Shown here: piece after piece, positions 19,816 through 30,326 of the stretch
Layout: every line of letters begins with the position of its first letter
Position numbering within the stretch: the first letter of the stretch is position 1
Translations under genes and position numbers: made by a program
NCBI GenBank assembly: GCA_963677485.1
Contig: OY781964.1
Coordinates: 96,001-160,000, forward strand
Length of the DNA stretch: 64,000 bases
Source of the DNA: Armatimonadota bacterium
GTDB lineage: Bacteria; Armatimonadota; HRBIN16
Direction: 5' to 3'
Notes under the pieces: generated by a model
The model's input: the letters and a program-made list of their open reading frames with translations, nothing else
The model's database searches: none
What the model was told of the DNA's origin: nothing

Positions 19816-22410
19816 TTATGCCGATTGTAGACTCACTATACCCCATTGTTGTTTCATATCAACGGAGGCCAAACATCCACACCACCTCGGCTTAAACACA
19901 TCCTCGGTAAAAGTGATCTCCCCCGACGCTGGAAGGGGCTTGTCAATCCGATGGCCGGCCCATTCGACGGTCACGTGCGTCCGATATGACGTGACCTTCA
20001 TTCTCACCCCGCGAAATACCAGGTTCTCTACACCAGCGTACTTCAGCTCCGAAGGCAGGTTTGGGCGTATATGCAGACCGTCTATATCCACCCGTAAACC
20101 CACCACGCCATACAGGAACGCACAGGGAGCCAGACCGCTTTCGGGGAACTCACCCCAAACCCCAACCGACCCAGGTCCGTAGGGACCGTCACCACGGTTG
20201 TCGATCTCCCCACGATACATGGGATTTCCTCCGCACAGCTTGTCAGGCATATCGTAGCGTGCCAGTATCTGCTTGAATCTGCGCCAGGAGTTGTCGGCTC
20301 CCAGATATTTGGCGCGCGACATCAGCTCATAGAAGGCGGTCCACAAAATGGCGCCGCCGTCCTCGCACCACTCATCGTATTTCAACCGATTCGCCTGTTC
20401 AGTGCAGGCGATGGTATTCGACCGTGGTGCGAATACCCAGCGGGTGAATGTGTCGGCCGCGCCAGATGATGTCGGCTGGTTTTCCATCCAGTCATACATA
20501 CGCTTGACCTGCTGCTGATCCGCCAATCCGTAGGTCGCGGCGATGGTGTTCACATAGGTCATACCCCAGTCATGCTTTGCGCCGCTCGAATCCACCCAGC
20601 TAATGTAGCGTCCTTTGGCATCATCCCAGAAAGTCTTGTTGAACTGCTGCTTGGCCACAACAACCAGACGATCCAGCTCATCAGCCCTTGCCGTGTTGCC
20701 TGCAGCCCGTTCGAGTTCCGCCGAAGCGTGCAAAGCAGGGGCGTAGAACGCGTTGATGTAGGCGTCGCGATATCCCGTGGGGATGCAGTCGAAATAACTG
20801 CTGGGGTTCGTGAAGCCTTGCGGAACCGTAATGCCCGTATGCTGCGGACTGTGGATCGTCAGCACGCCAGAACGGCCATCCTGCACGTCCAACAGGTAGT
20901 CGGTCGCCTTGCGCACGGTCGCAATGGTCGCATTCAAGTATGCCTTGTCGCCTGTCCACGAAAAGATGTCCCAGCACGCCAGGATGAATGGGCAGTTGTT
21001 GTCGTAGTGACGGTTATCATTCGTCGGCGAATCACCGTTCCATCCGCGTGAATCGGGCCGGCTCCAGATGTAGCCATCGGGGTCACAGCGGTTGGTGTAG
21101 AACTGCACCACATTCCGAAACCCTGTATGCTCAGGACCTCCGATCCACGATAGCTTGAGCGCATCAAACTCGTATGTGGACGGACACGAGGTATTCCAAA
21201 ACAAGAAGGTCTTCATGAAGCGATCCATAACATCGCTGGTTTTCTTATCCGAGGTAAAAAACCGCGGGTAGGTGTCAGGCAGAACATCGCTGTTTGGCAG
21301 CACCTGAAGGCGCGACTTCGGACCTAAAAGCATATGCATGCGGTCAGGTTCCATGTGCGTTTCCAGCCCTGTACGGCTGTGGCTGATCTTCAAGTCGTAC
21401 CCGCCGGTACCTCTCAGGCGAGCCCACTTGCTCTCCCGAAGCAGGTTCCAGTCGGACTCGTTGCGCTTGAACGCCTCCACAGGAAACCAGAACCCGCTAT
21501 CGGTGGTCAGGTAGCGAAAAGGCGTGGTGGCGAGATTGGTGGTATCATACCCATCCCTCGTCCATGGAAAGCTCAAGGCCAGCGCAGGGGTAAACGTCTT
21601 GATGGTATGCTGTCGGAGATTATACGAACATAGCAGCTCATTACCATGCAGGCGCAGCTCCCAGTCGAGTGTGCCCACATCTGCCAGATCATATCCAAAC
21701 ACCCAGTCTTTACCCGGCTGAGCTTTCCCAGACACATACGCCATGCCACCTTGGTATGTGTCGGTGTTGCATCCCCACCAGTAGGCACCGCCGCTCTTCT
21801 CACCCACTTCCAAATAGTAGGCACCAGGCGGCAGAGGCTTCGACAGGCCGATCCGCACCATCGCCTGTTCAGGCAGCGGCTTCACAAGGCGTGAAGCAAC
21901 GATCTGCCCGGCAGGCCCATCCTTGCGTAAGACCATCCTGACCGACGAATTATCCACCCCGCTGCAGGTAAGCTGCGCCCACACATCGCTTAGCCAGCCG
22001 CCTCCTGCAGGAACCGTAAAGCGCTGACCAAGCGAGCCGCCCACCGGCAGGTCCTCACCGTGATCCCATGGCCCCGGATATCCACCTTTCGCAGCTCCGG
22101 GGATACAGTACCGTGATCCGTTGATACGCACCCCTCCGGGTTTGATCTCTGCACGCCCATTCGATGTCATCCCGTAGGCACCAATCATCGTCTGGCCCGG
22201 CTTATACCGGCCTTTGCCAGACGCATCGAAGCGAACTGATACCCGTTGCTCGCTGTCTACACTCAGCCGGATATACGGGTTCTGCACCACGCGGGCACCG
22301 CCCTGCGTGAGCGCGTTCTTGGTGCCGCGGATCGGGGCAGCCACCAACTGAACTGCCAGCATCACTAGCAGCATGATGATGCCGTAACGCCTTGTTAACG
22401 CCCATTCCAT
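19816..22410 (-). CDS. Exported putative (alpha/alpha)6 glycoside hydrolase of unclear family; paralog of 43539-46109
   Basis: Signal peptide; FNKTFWDDAKGRY, GLHIRPNLP six-hairpin GH-like features; shared motifs with paralog. Confidence 0.7.
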   Translation of the reverse strand: MEWALTRRYGIIMLLVMLAVQLVAAPIRGTKNALTQGGARVVQNPYIRLSVDSEQRVSVRFDASGKGRYKPGQTMIGAYGMTSNGRAEIKPGGVRINGSRYCIPGAAKGGYPGPWDHGEDLPVGGSLGQRFTVPAGGGWLSDVWAQLTCSGVDNSSVRMVLRKDGPAGQIVASRLVKPLPEQAMVRIGLSKPLPPGAYYLEVGEKSGGAYWWGCNTDTYQGGMAYVSGKAQPGKDWVFGYDLADVGTLDWELRLHGNELLCSYNLRQHTIKTFTPALALSFPWTRDGYDTTNLATTPFRYLTTDSGFWFPVEAFKRNESDWNLLRESKWARLRGTGGYDLKISHSRTGLETHMEPDRMHMLLGPKSRLQVLPNSDVLPDTYPRFFTSDKKTSDVMDRFMKTFLFWNTSCPSTYEFDALKLSWIGGPEHTGFRNVVQFYTNRCDPDGYIWSRPDSRGWNGDSPTNDNRHYDNNCPFILACWDIFSWTGDKAYLNATIATVRKATDYLLDVQDGRSGVLTIHSPQHTGITVPQGFTNPSSYFDCIPTGYRDAYINAFYAPALHASAELERAAGNTARADELDRLVVVAKQQFNKTFWDDAKGRYISWVDSSGAKHDWGMTYVNTIAATYGLADQQQVKRMYDWMENQPTSSGAADTFTRWVFAPRSNTIACTEQANRLKYDEWCEDGGAILWTAFYELMSRAKYLGADNSWRRFKQILARYDMPDKLCGGNPMYRGEIDNRGDGPYGPGSVGVWGEFPESGLAPCAFLYGVVGLRVDIDGLHIRPNLPSELKYAGVENLVFRGVRMKVTSYRTHVTVEWAGHRIDKPLPASGEITFTEDVFKPRWCGCLASVDMKQQWGIVSLQSA

Positions 22411-22415
22411 GCTGC

Positions 22416-23495
22416 CTATCGGTAATACCCATCACGCATCGCGGTTTCGTACATCGCCACCACATTTTCGGTCGGGGAGTTATCCTGCAAAGCATGGGTC
22501 GGAGCAAAGCAATAGCCGCCTCCTGGCATCATGATCTCCAGCGTGCGGCGGCAGTCCTCTTCCACGCCCTTCACGCTGCCGTTGGCGACTGGTCCTGCGG
22601 TGCTGATACATCCGTGAAACGCCAGCCGTCCGCCGAAGTGCGACTTCAAATACTCAGGCGACATATTCGTCGCCTCCGGCTGCAGCGTGTCGACCACCGT
22701 GACACCCATCTCAATGTAGTCCTCATAGGACCAACTGCTGGAACCGCAGGTATGCATCATCACATGCAGACCATAGCTCTTCGCCATGTCGATGAACGGT
22801 TGATGCCGAGGCCGAATATGCTTGCGGAACAGCTCCAGGCTGATCAACGGATTCTTCTGAGTGCCCAGGTCCTCACCCATCCAGGCGATGTCGATGCCGC
22901 CCTTCGACGCCTCGATGGTGCGGCGGGCCACTTCAAGCTGTATCTCCAACCGACGGTCGATGTACCTCAGCCCCGCTTCATCGTCAGTGATAAGGTCGAC
23001 AAGCGTCTGTTCCATCGTGCGTATCATCCCAGTGGCGTTGATCACATCAGGCATGCAGCCCACTGTGACACCATATTGGGAATAGAATTTGCAGGTTTCT
23101 TCCACCCGTGAATAGTCATAGTCATCAGGTGAGGGCATCGGCCAGGCCTCAATCTCCTCCAGCTCCGCATACTGCAGAGGGAAGTCGCAGTAGTCCCAAT
23201 ATCCGCCGCTCGCGTGCTCAATCCGACGCATCCGGATGCCGAAGGTCGGGTCGACATATCGGTCTGGCAGTTCAGGGTGCAGCCGCGGCCCAACATATGG
23301 AGCCCCCACTCCGCGGAAGTCGACGTTCAGAGCTTGCAGCAGCCCCTCGCCATCGCCCGGTTCCAGACCAAAGTGTTTCTTCAACCTGGTATCGATGCCT
23401 GGGTTAGCGAGGTAGTTGATAGGCACCCTGTCCGCCTCTTGGTTAGCCAGCGTGGTGAGCACCCGTTGCTTCGAATTTGTGATTTTGGTCGGCAT
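22416..23495 (-). CDS. Uroporphyrinogen decarboxylase-like / MtaA-CmuA methyltransferase family protein
   Basis: EADRVP, GEDLGTQ, HTCG, LQPEA, GGYCFAPTH..Q..SPTENVVAM. Confidence 0.85.
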   Translation of the reverse strand: MPTKITNSKQRVLTTLANQEADRVPINYLANPGIDTRLKKHFGLEPGDGEGLLQALNVDFRGVGAPYVGPRLHPELPDRYVDPTFGIRMRRIEHASGGYWDYCDFPLQYAELEEIEAWPMPSPDDYDYSRVEETCKFYSQYGVTVGCMPDVINATGMIRTMEQTLVDLITDDEAGLRYIDRRLEIQLEVARRTIEASKGGIDIAWMGEDLGTQKNPLISLELFRKHIRPRHQPFIDMAKSYGLHVMMHTCGSSSWSYEDYIEMGVTVVDTLQPEATNMSPEYLKSHFGGRLAFHGCISTAGPVANGSVKGVEEDCRRTLEIMMPGGGYCFAPTHALQDNSPTENVVAMYETAMRDGYYR

Positions 23496-23545
23496 TGGTT
23501 ATCTCCATTACTATTTTTGCATTGAGGGTTAAAAAGATGGATGCA

Positions 23546-25054
23546 TCACACCTGTGCTACGAATGTCACCACCGAGCGTGCAGGTAAAATCAGACTTCCT
23601 GACGACACTGAATTATGGCGAAGGTCGTCGGTCGCTGATGTCGTGTAAGTGTTAAACTTACGGCCTCGGACGGTGGTCTTGACATTGAACGGCATGACCT
23701 CTTTGGTGTAGTTGATGGCCACGATCACCAGTTGCCTGCTCCTCCGGTCCATGTACGCTGATGCCATCACAGATGTGGCCTGCTCCAACAATGAACGACC
23801 ATCATCAAGCTCGAGTTCCACGCGAACCATTCCGGGCTTTACGAACCGCGAATAATTGCCCATAGCCCACAGAATCTTCGATGGCATCAGCTTGCCGTTG
23901 AGTTGAAGTTCCGCACGGTTTCCTGAGCGTGTGCCAGTGTAGTTTTCTTCATAGTCTAGATAGATTAGTCCGTCCTTGTAGTCAGATTCAGACAACGCGG
24001 TCCACCATGACCAATGGGTCGCGTTAGCAATCACGAGGTCATGATGGATGACACGGGCAACGTATAGAGCTGTGTCAATACCCAGGTCACGACCGGAGCC
24101 TTGACCGACGTCATCATTCTTCTCCATCACACAGAACTCCGATTGCCAGAATGCCATCTTTGGGTCAATCTCGGCGATGCGTCTGCTCAGTTTCTGCCGT
24201 GCTGATATAAGACTTGCGACTGGCCAACTCGTCCAATAGCTGTGTCCAGAGGTTGCATGCTCCACGTTTGGCAGTTTACCGAGATAATACGGTGAGGACG
24301 GATCCCAAAACGACCTGATCTGGTCACTGCGGCTGGTGCCCGACTTTGTGCCCGTAAGGTATTCGATATCACCCGCTTCACCTAGAATGACCTTACTAGT
24401 CAGTTTTCTATCATGTAAGCCTTCCGCTACCATCTGGGTGATCACATGCATCTCCGCGTTACTGGCAGGTGTGCCCTCCTGCGACCCGGATTCCCATCCC
24501 CACTGTGGTTCATTGACAGGGCTGACATAGTCAATCTGTGTGCCTGTGCGATGGAAATGATCGACCACATCCACCAGATACCTGGCAAAATCCGGCATCT
24601 TATCGGCACAGATGTTCATCGAGTTTCGACCCGGGTCTGAGTAGGCCTTGCCGTTCAAGCTGTATTGGACAGGTGCAGCATTAGGAAACGCCAGTAGATA
24701 CTCCACACCACGGCTCGTGGCTGCATCCAGAAACCAGCGCTGTCCCTTACACTTGCTCCAGTCGTAGGAACCATTGGGGTTCAAAAAGCACTCAGCCCGG
24801 CGCCAGGTGTCACCAATGCCACTCGCATCTCCTTGCTCTTGGCTGCCGGCCCCCAGATAGAACCGCCACATTGACAGGCCGATACCTTTCGGATTGCCAT
24901 CGGCGTCTACCTTCCTGCTGAACAGGAGGTCTGCGATGGCCCTTCGTTTATCCTCAGGCCAATTCATACCGACGAAACCACACCGCCAGGCATCGGACGC
25001 ACCGAAGCTATGAATCGTCTGCCTTGTTTTCTGCAGGTCTACGGCGATATTCAC
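23546..25054 (-). CDS. Glycoside hydrolase family 30-like
   Basis: QTIHSFGASDAW, IGLSMWRF, SPVNEPQW (acid/base), WQSEFC (nucleophile), GNYSRFVKPG. Confidence 0.85.
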   Translation of the reverse strand: MNIAVDLQKTRQTIHSFGASDAWRCGFVGMNWPEDKRRAIADLLFSRKVDADGNPKGIGLSMWRFYLGAGSQEQGDASGIGDTWRRAECFLNPNGSYDWSKCKGQRWFLDAATSRGVEYLLAFPNAAPVQYSLNGKAYSDPGRNSMNICADKMPDFARYLVDVVDHFHRTGTQIDYVSPVNEPQWGWESGSQEGTPASNAEMHVITQMVAEGLHDRKLTSKVILGEAGDIEYLTGTKSGTSRSDQIRSFWDPSSPYYLGKLPNVEHATSGHSYWTSWPVASLISARQKLSRRIAEIDPKMAFWQSEFCVMEKNDDVGQGSGRDLGIDTALYVARVIHHDLVIANATHWSWWTALSESDYKDGLIYLDYEENYTGTRSGNRAELQLNGKLMPSKILWAMGNYSRFVKPGMVRVELELDDGRSLLEQATSVMASAYMDRRSRQLVIVAINYTKEVMPFNVKTTVRGRKFNTYTTSATDDLRHNSVSSGSLILPARSVVTFVAQV

Positions 25055-25081
25055 GAGTGATTAAACCTCGGTATCATGCGT

Positions 25082-26182
25082 CTAGGCAACTGGTGCTCTC
25101 CAGTCGAATGAACACGGCTGGTCGGGAAACGGGTTCTGGTCCAAACCGGCTGGTCGAGGCTTTCCGCAAAGCTTCCATTCCATGAAGTCCAGGAAGCACC
25201 GCCAGTCCTCTTCGCTGTGTTCATGCTCTCCTTCGCGGTAGTGAATCGCCAGGTTGGGTTCAACCTCAAGTAAGCGGTAGACCTCGCGTGTGGCCAGATG
25301 CGTCTGCCAGGTGCCCGAGGGGTTGGCCCAGAGGTCACCCAACGCCTCGGTGGTCAGCAAAGCCCGCGGAGCGACTGCCGACTTCAGGTAGTGCTGGTCA
25401 AACGGCAGCTCCGTCTCACGGCCAAGATAATCACCCAGTTTCGGCCCGTACCAGTAAGGAAACGCACGGAGCGAATCGGACAGGTGCTCCGAGTTCGGCC
25501 CCTGCCAGCGGTAGCACCCGGCACCCCCGGCACCCGATCCATTGGCGGAAGTCAGCACAATCCGTTCGTCGGTGGCACCGGCCAGCAGCGTTGTTTTCCC
25601 ACCGCGCGAGTGACCCACGATCGCGATGCGTTCCGCATCAACGGTGTCCAAGTGCAACAGCGCATCAATGCAGCGGTGATAGCCCCAGGCCCATGCCGAA
25701 AGCGCGCCGTATTTACCCGGGTAGATGGGGTAAATCCCCTGGTCGCGTTCTGAGTTATTCATGTCGGGCGCGATCTCAACCCTGTTGAACTGCGCCAGGA
25801 TCATCCCGCGGTTCACCACTTCCATGGCCAGCTTGTCGGTCACGTAACGCCAGCAGGCATCACCGGTCAACACCACAGGGAAAGGTCCTGCACCGGCTGG
25901 GATATGAAGGGTCATCAAGAACGAGAACCGCTTGTCACCCTCGCACACAACACGGCACGACAAGAACCGCGCACCAGGCATCCAGCGAATCTGTGAGACA
26001 TGCAGTATCTCCAGAGCGGTGGATTCTGGCGTTGTCGGCATATCACCATACTCAATATCGACTACTGTATCAAGCAGCTCTTTCCGCCGTTTCGGCCAGT
26101 CGTCTTTACAGACCACTGGTATACCATCATTAAACACAAAAGGATTTGGCAGCTCTACAGATTTTTTGGCACCCAATGTCAT
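25082..26182 (-). CDS. CE15-like (glucuronoyl esterase-like) alpha/beta hydrolase
   Basis: AWAWG, GHSRGGK catalytic Ser motif, SGAGG, PFDQH, APR. Confidence 0.85.
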   Translation of the reverse strand: MTLGAKKSVELPNPFVFNDGIPVVCKDDWPKRRKELLDTVVDIEYGDMPTTPESTALEILHVSQIRWMPGARFLSCRVVCEGDKRFSFLMTLHIPAGAGPFPVVLTGDACWRYVTDKLAMEVVNRGMILAQFNRVEIAPDMNNSERDQGIYPIYPGKYGALSAWAWGYHRCIDALLHLDTVDAERIAIVGHSRGGKTTLLAGATDERIVLTSANGSGAGGAGCYRWQGPNSEHLSDSLRAFPYWYGPKLGDYLGRETELPFDQHYLKSAVAPRALLTTEALGDLWANPSGTWQTHLATREVYRLLEVEPNLAIHYREGEHEHSEEDWRCFLDFMEWKLCGKPRPAGLDQNPFPDQPCSFDWRAPVA

Positions 26183-26207
26183 GAACTCCTTGCGCTCCTT
26201 TGAACGA

Positions 26208-27146
26208 CTATAATCCCCGCTTGAACTTCGCGATCTCTTCCTTCAGAATCTTCAAGTAAAGGTGACCAAACTCTTTGCTTGGCTCCACATCCTTGCTGCC
26301 TTCTGCGCTGGGCTGTTCACCCTTTGTCCACTCGTTGAAGCTCACGACATTGCAGATTCGCGGTCCGATCTTGCGAACCCTGGCCCACTGTTCGCGGAAG
26401 GTCTGGCCGTTGCGACGGCCGGGGCTCTGCACGCTGTCATCATATTCCTTGCGATAGCAGGCCACACAAACCATGGCCTCTGCCGTGCCTTTATAAGGGG
26501 CGATGGTCTGAGGTCCACGGTCCTCCCAGCTCCAGTACCCGTATCTACTGATCGTTTTGGTTTCGTCCATCAGGTAAGGCTGCTGGGTGATGAAACCCGT
26601 CATCCATCGCACGGTAAACTTAGGATGGTTCCACTTCGGTATTCCCGTTTGCCATGGAGTGGGTGTGTTCACATACACCACGAGAAGCGGCTTGCCAAGG
26701 TAATCCTGCATGATCTTGCGATACTTCGGGTCCTTACAGAACCATTCGTAGACCTGGTCTGCTTTAGCCGTGAGCTTGCCGTCATCGACCGCCTTCGGCC
26801 AATCGGGGCAGCCGATGAAGATGCTGATCTTGGGATGTTTCTTCATCTGAGAGTATTCCTCAAACATCACCTTGACGCTGTTCTCGATCATCTCAAAGTC
26901 CGTACGGCCTTTGGTCACCCCCGGCGTGTAGAGGACGTCGTTGCTCCAGTCCACCCACACGTAGTCCACGCCGGCTTCGGCAATCCACTCCGCGTGCTGC
27001 CTGATCACACGCCGGTCGTCGCTGCGGTAGTATCCCAGCTCAGGCGTGCCCCACACATTTTGCCAATTGGCGTCCTGAAACCAGGTGGAATAGGCCAGTC
27101 CTACCAGCCGGTCCTTGGGATTTGATGGTTTTAGAATCACAGACAT
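26208..27146 (-). CDS. GH99/GH71-like TIM-barrel glycoside hydrolase (paralog 1)
   Basis: PELGYYRSDD..VIRQHAEWI..AGVD..DWSN, GKPLL, SFNEW...EPS. Confidence 0.72.
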   Translation of the reverse strand: MSVILKPSNPKDRLVGLAYSTWFQDANWQNVWGTPELGYYRSDDRRVIRQHAEWIAEAGVDYVWVDWSNDVLYTPGVTKGRTDFEMIENSVKVMFEEYSQMKKHPKISIFIGCPDWPKAVDDGKLTAKADQVYEWFCKDPKYRKIMQDYLGKPLLVVYVNTPTPWQTGIPKWNHPKFTVRWMTGFITQQPYLMDETKTISRYGYWSWEDRGPQTIAPYKGTAEAMVCVACYRKEYDDSVQSPGRRNGQTFREQWARVRKIGPRICNVVSFNEWTKGEQPSAEGSKDVEPSKEFGHLYLKILKEEIAKFKRGL

Positions 27147-27215
27147 TTTATTCCTCCGATAGGCACGTATGTGCGTTATGCTCCGTTGTGGTTGCTATTT
27201 ATGGCAAGACAAGGA

Positions 27216-28154
27216 CTATATCCCTTGTTTAAATCTGGCGATTTCTTCTTTCAGAATCTTCATGTACAGGTGTCCATACTCTTTGCTCGGTTCCAGGTCT
27301 TTGCTTCCTTCGGCACTGGGCTGCTCCCACAGAACCCACTCGTTGAAGCTCACCACATTGCAGATCCGCGGGCCCACCTTTCGGACTCTGGCCCACTGTT
27401 CGCGAAATGTCAGCCCGTTGCGACGACCGGGGCTTAGCACACTATCGTCATTTTCCTTACGATAACAGGCCACACAGACCATTGCTTCTGCCATGCCTTT
27501 GTAGGGGGCTATGGTCTGTGGTCCCCTGTCTTCCCAGCTCCAGTATCGATACTTACTGATGGTTTTGGTCTCGTCCATCAAGTTGGGCTGCTGGGTGATG
27601 AACCCGGTCATCCAGCGCACAGTAAAGGCAGGGTGATTCCACTTCGGCAATCCGGTGGGAAACGGGTTTGGGGTTCCTGTATATACCACTAGCAAGGGCT
27701 TGCTCAGGTAGTGCTGCATAATTCGGCGATATTTTGGTATCTTCAGGAACCAGTTCACAATTTGGTCTGCTTTACGTGTTAACGCGCCATCATCTAGTGA
27801 CTGAGGTGTTCCCGGGCACCCAATAAAGATGCTGATTTTGGGGTGTTTCTTCATCTTCGAGTATTCATCAAAAACCAGTTTGGTGCTATTCTCGATCATC
27901 TCAAAATCCGCACGGTTCTTTGTGATGCCAGGAGTATAAGCGACATCATTACTCCAGTCGATGTACACATAGTCCACACCCGCTTCGGTGATCCATTCCG
28001 CATGCTGTCGTATCACCTTGCGGTCATCGCTTCGGTAGAATCCTAGCTCAGGAGTCCCCCATACATCATGCCAATCGGCATCGAAGTGAGCCGTATTGTA
28101 AGCTAATCCCACCAGTCGATCTTTGGGGTTTGATGGTTTCGGCATGATAGACAT
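27216..28154 (-). CDS. GH99/GH71-like glycoside hydrolase (paralog 2)
   Basis: Highly similar along its full length to 26208-27146. Confidence 0.72.
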   Translation of the reverse strand: MSIMPKPSNPKDRLVGLAYNTAHFDADWHDVWGTPELGFYRSDDRKVIRQHAEWITEAGVDYVYIDWSNDVAYTPGITKNRADFEMIENSTKLVFDEYSKMKKHPKISIFIGCPGTPQSLDDGALTRKADQIVNWFLKIPKYRRIMQHYLSKPLLVVYTGTPNPFPTGLPKWNHPAFTVRWMTGFITQQPNLMDETKTISKYRYWSWEDRGPQTIAPYKGMAEAMVCVACYRKENDDSVLSPGRRNGLTFREQWARVRKVGPRICNVVSFNEWVLWEQPSAEGSKDLEPSKEYGHLYMKILKEEIARFKQGI

Positions 28155-28245
28155 AAAATTCCTCCGGTGTGGCACTTATACACTTAATATTCAGACAGAC
28201 ACGGCGGATATCCTGCATTCATACATCGACAAGTGAACCAAACGA

Positions 28246-28276
28246 AAGTGCCGACCGGAAAATCCGGTCGGCACTT
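28246..28276. terminator. Hairpin/terminator
   Basis: AAGTGCCGACCGGA-AAA-TCCGGTCGGCACTT perfect stem. Confidence 0.65.
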
Positions 28277-28299
28277 GTAGTATTTCCACTAAAGCTCGG

Positions 28300-28842
28300 T
28301 TAGTCGTCTTCCCACTCGTCGGAATCGCCATCCGAACCCTCTCCGCCTTCCACAAGCCGACGGAACACCTCGTCCACCTTTTCCTTCTGGCTCTCCACCT
28401 TGTCAATGGCCACGGTAGGCGTGCAAGCCCCGTAAATCACATCCATCAAGGCAGGAAAGTAGCGGTCATGTGTGCTCAGGTTCGCCAGGATTGTGTCCTT
28501 AATCATGCGGTCAGTCAACCCGACATCAGGATCGACATCCATGCTGGATTTATACCGAATTTCGCCATCGGAGTAATCCATCTCGAAGTTGCCAATTAAC
28601 AGACCGTAGTTCGCGCGGGTGATCGCCTCTGATACCTCGTGCCGTTTCGCTTCTGGTGCTTTGATAGGGCAGAGTGAGTAAAACACGAAGCGTGCCTGCC
28701 CCTCGACGGCACGAGCAACGCAGTCGAATCTTACCTTATCTGCTCCCATGGGCAACAGGATGGTGTCCTTATCCTGCTTCTCAATGAAAGCAAGGTCGTT
28801 CGTCTCAAAGTGATGTTTCATCGAATCATAGATACGTGCCAT
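28300..28842 (-). CDS. YbjN domain protein
   Basis: EAITRANYGLLIGNFEMDYSDGEIRY motif. Confidence 0.85.
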   Translation of the reverse strand: MARIYDSMKHHFETNDLAFIEKQDKDTILLPMGADKVRFDCVARAVEGQARFVFYSLCPIKAPEAKRHEVSEAITRANYGLLIGNFEMDYSDGEIRYKSSMDVDPDVGLTDRMIKDTILANLSTHDRYFPALMDVIYGACTPTVAIDKVESQKEKVDEVFRRLVEGGEGSDGDSDEWEDD

Positions 28843-28985
28843 AATGGTGCCCCTTTCCCGTTATCACAACGTGTTGTGCTTTGGGCCCCGAAAAATCTAT
28901 CTGTTACATATATATTGTGACTCACAGAGCAGCCAAAAGTATACACCTTTGGAAACAAATTACCACGAAGTTGTGTAATGATTTT

Positions 28986-29678
28986 CTAAGATGCCGATCG
29001 ACAGACATCAGCCAGCACACATTCCGCGCATCTAGGCCGAATTGCCTTGCATACCTCCCGTCCATGCCTTATCACTAGAATGTGATAAGGGTAGGCATCG
29101 GCGGGACTAATAATCGCTTGAAGGGCATCATGTGCCTTCCCTTCCCCGATTTTTGGTTCAATCAGACCCAGTCGCCAGCTCACGCGGAAGATGTGCGTGT
29201 CAACCGGAATCACATGACGGCCCATCGCAAAACATAGCACAATCGCCGCGGTCTTGGGGCCGACGCCCGGCAGTTGCATCAAATAACCGCGTGCGGTCGG
29301 GTCATCCATCGCCTCCAGGAAATCAAGGCTGATCCTGCCTTCCGGGTGGTAATGAGCGATCTGCGCCAGCACGGCTTGGATCCGCGGAGCTTTTTGGTTG
29401 GCAAGACCGCCGCTGCGAATCACGTCCGCAAGCTCGCTGCTGTCAGCATCGATGACCTGCTGCCACTCTGGATACCGCTTCTGAAGCTCCGCAAAGGCTT
29501 GAAGGCTGTTCATATCGCTGGTATGCTGGCTGAGGATACAGGCCACCAGCTCCTCCACTGGATTGAAGCGTGGAGCCCACACGGGCTTCCCCCACAGCTT
29601 CTGCAGGCGCTGTGAGCTGATGTGCGCCAGCTCCGATGGCGGGTGTAAGGGTGAACGAAGCTCGGTAGGGATGCGCAT
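28986..29678 (-). CDS. Endonuclease III-like HhH-GPD DNA glycosylase
   Basis: ILSQHTSD, LPGVGPKTA, PVDTH, C-X6-C-X2-C-X5-C Fe-S motif. Confidence 0.92.
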   Translation of the reverse strand: MRIPTELRSPLHPPSELAHISSQRLQKLWGKPVWAPRFNPVEELVACILSQHTSDMNSLQAFAELQKRYPEWQQVIDADSSELADVIRSGGLANQKAPRIQAVLAQIAHYHPEGRISLDFLEAMDDPTARGYLMQLPGVGPKTAAIVLCFAMGRHVIPVDTHIFRVSWRLGLIEPKIGEGKAHDALQAIISPADAYPYHILVIRHGREVCKAIRPRCAECVLADVCRSAS

Positions 29679-29684
29679 TTTCTG

Positions 29685-30326
29685 CTAACCCCACATCGCG
29701 GGATTTGTCAGCATCTGTTGCAGCTTTTCGAAGTACCGGCCCACATGGATGCCGTCGGCTAACGCATGGTGAACCTGCACTGAAAATGGCATCAGCAATC
29801 TGCCGTCATGTTCGAAGTATTTGCCCCAAGAAATCCGTGGGATCGCATCGTCACGCTTTACGCTCATCGTGTGCGACAACATAGTGAATGAGACCCACGG
29901 GATACAGGTGATATACAACAAATCGTCACGCCCAGCGATCTCCTCAAACGGAAAATACCGCGTTTGATTTTCTGACTGTCTGCAGCACTTCGTCACAAAG
30001 GCACGGAAATCATCGTCGAGATCAACAGTCACCACCTTAAAAAGGTCCTCACTGGAGCTGGCGATGTCGGTGAATGATGGATGAACACGATCATGCAAAA
30101 CCACACGCCCGTCACGAATCCGGTAGCGAAATTCGTCAATCTGGTTTGCCACCACGCTGCTCACCCAGACCATGCTGTAGTAAAATGACAGTCCTGCGGT
30201 TTTGGTAAATGACTTAAAGTCAGTCACATCGACATTGGCGCAGATATTGTAGTGGGGTAAATCGGCTTGGGAAAACAGACCGAAATGCTCACGGCGTGGC
30301 CAGTCTGCTAAGTCAATTTCTTTCAT
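29685..30326 (-). CDS. cat: Type A chloramphenicol acetyltransferase family protein
   Basis: WPRREHF, IPWVSFT, PRISWGKY, QVHHALADGIH catalytic motif. Confidence 0.85.
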   Translation of the reverse strand: MKEIDLADWPRREHFGLFSQADLPHYNICANVDVTDFKSFTKTAGLSFYYSMVWVSSVVANQIDEFRYRIRDGRVVLHDRVHPSFTDIASSSEDLFKVVTVDLDDDFRAFVTKCCRQSENQTRYFPFEEIAGRDDLLYITCIPWVSFTMLSHTMSVKRDDAIPRISWGKYFEHDGRLLMPFSVQVHHALADGIHVGRYFEKLQQMLTNPAMWG

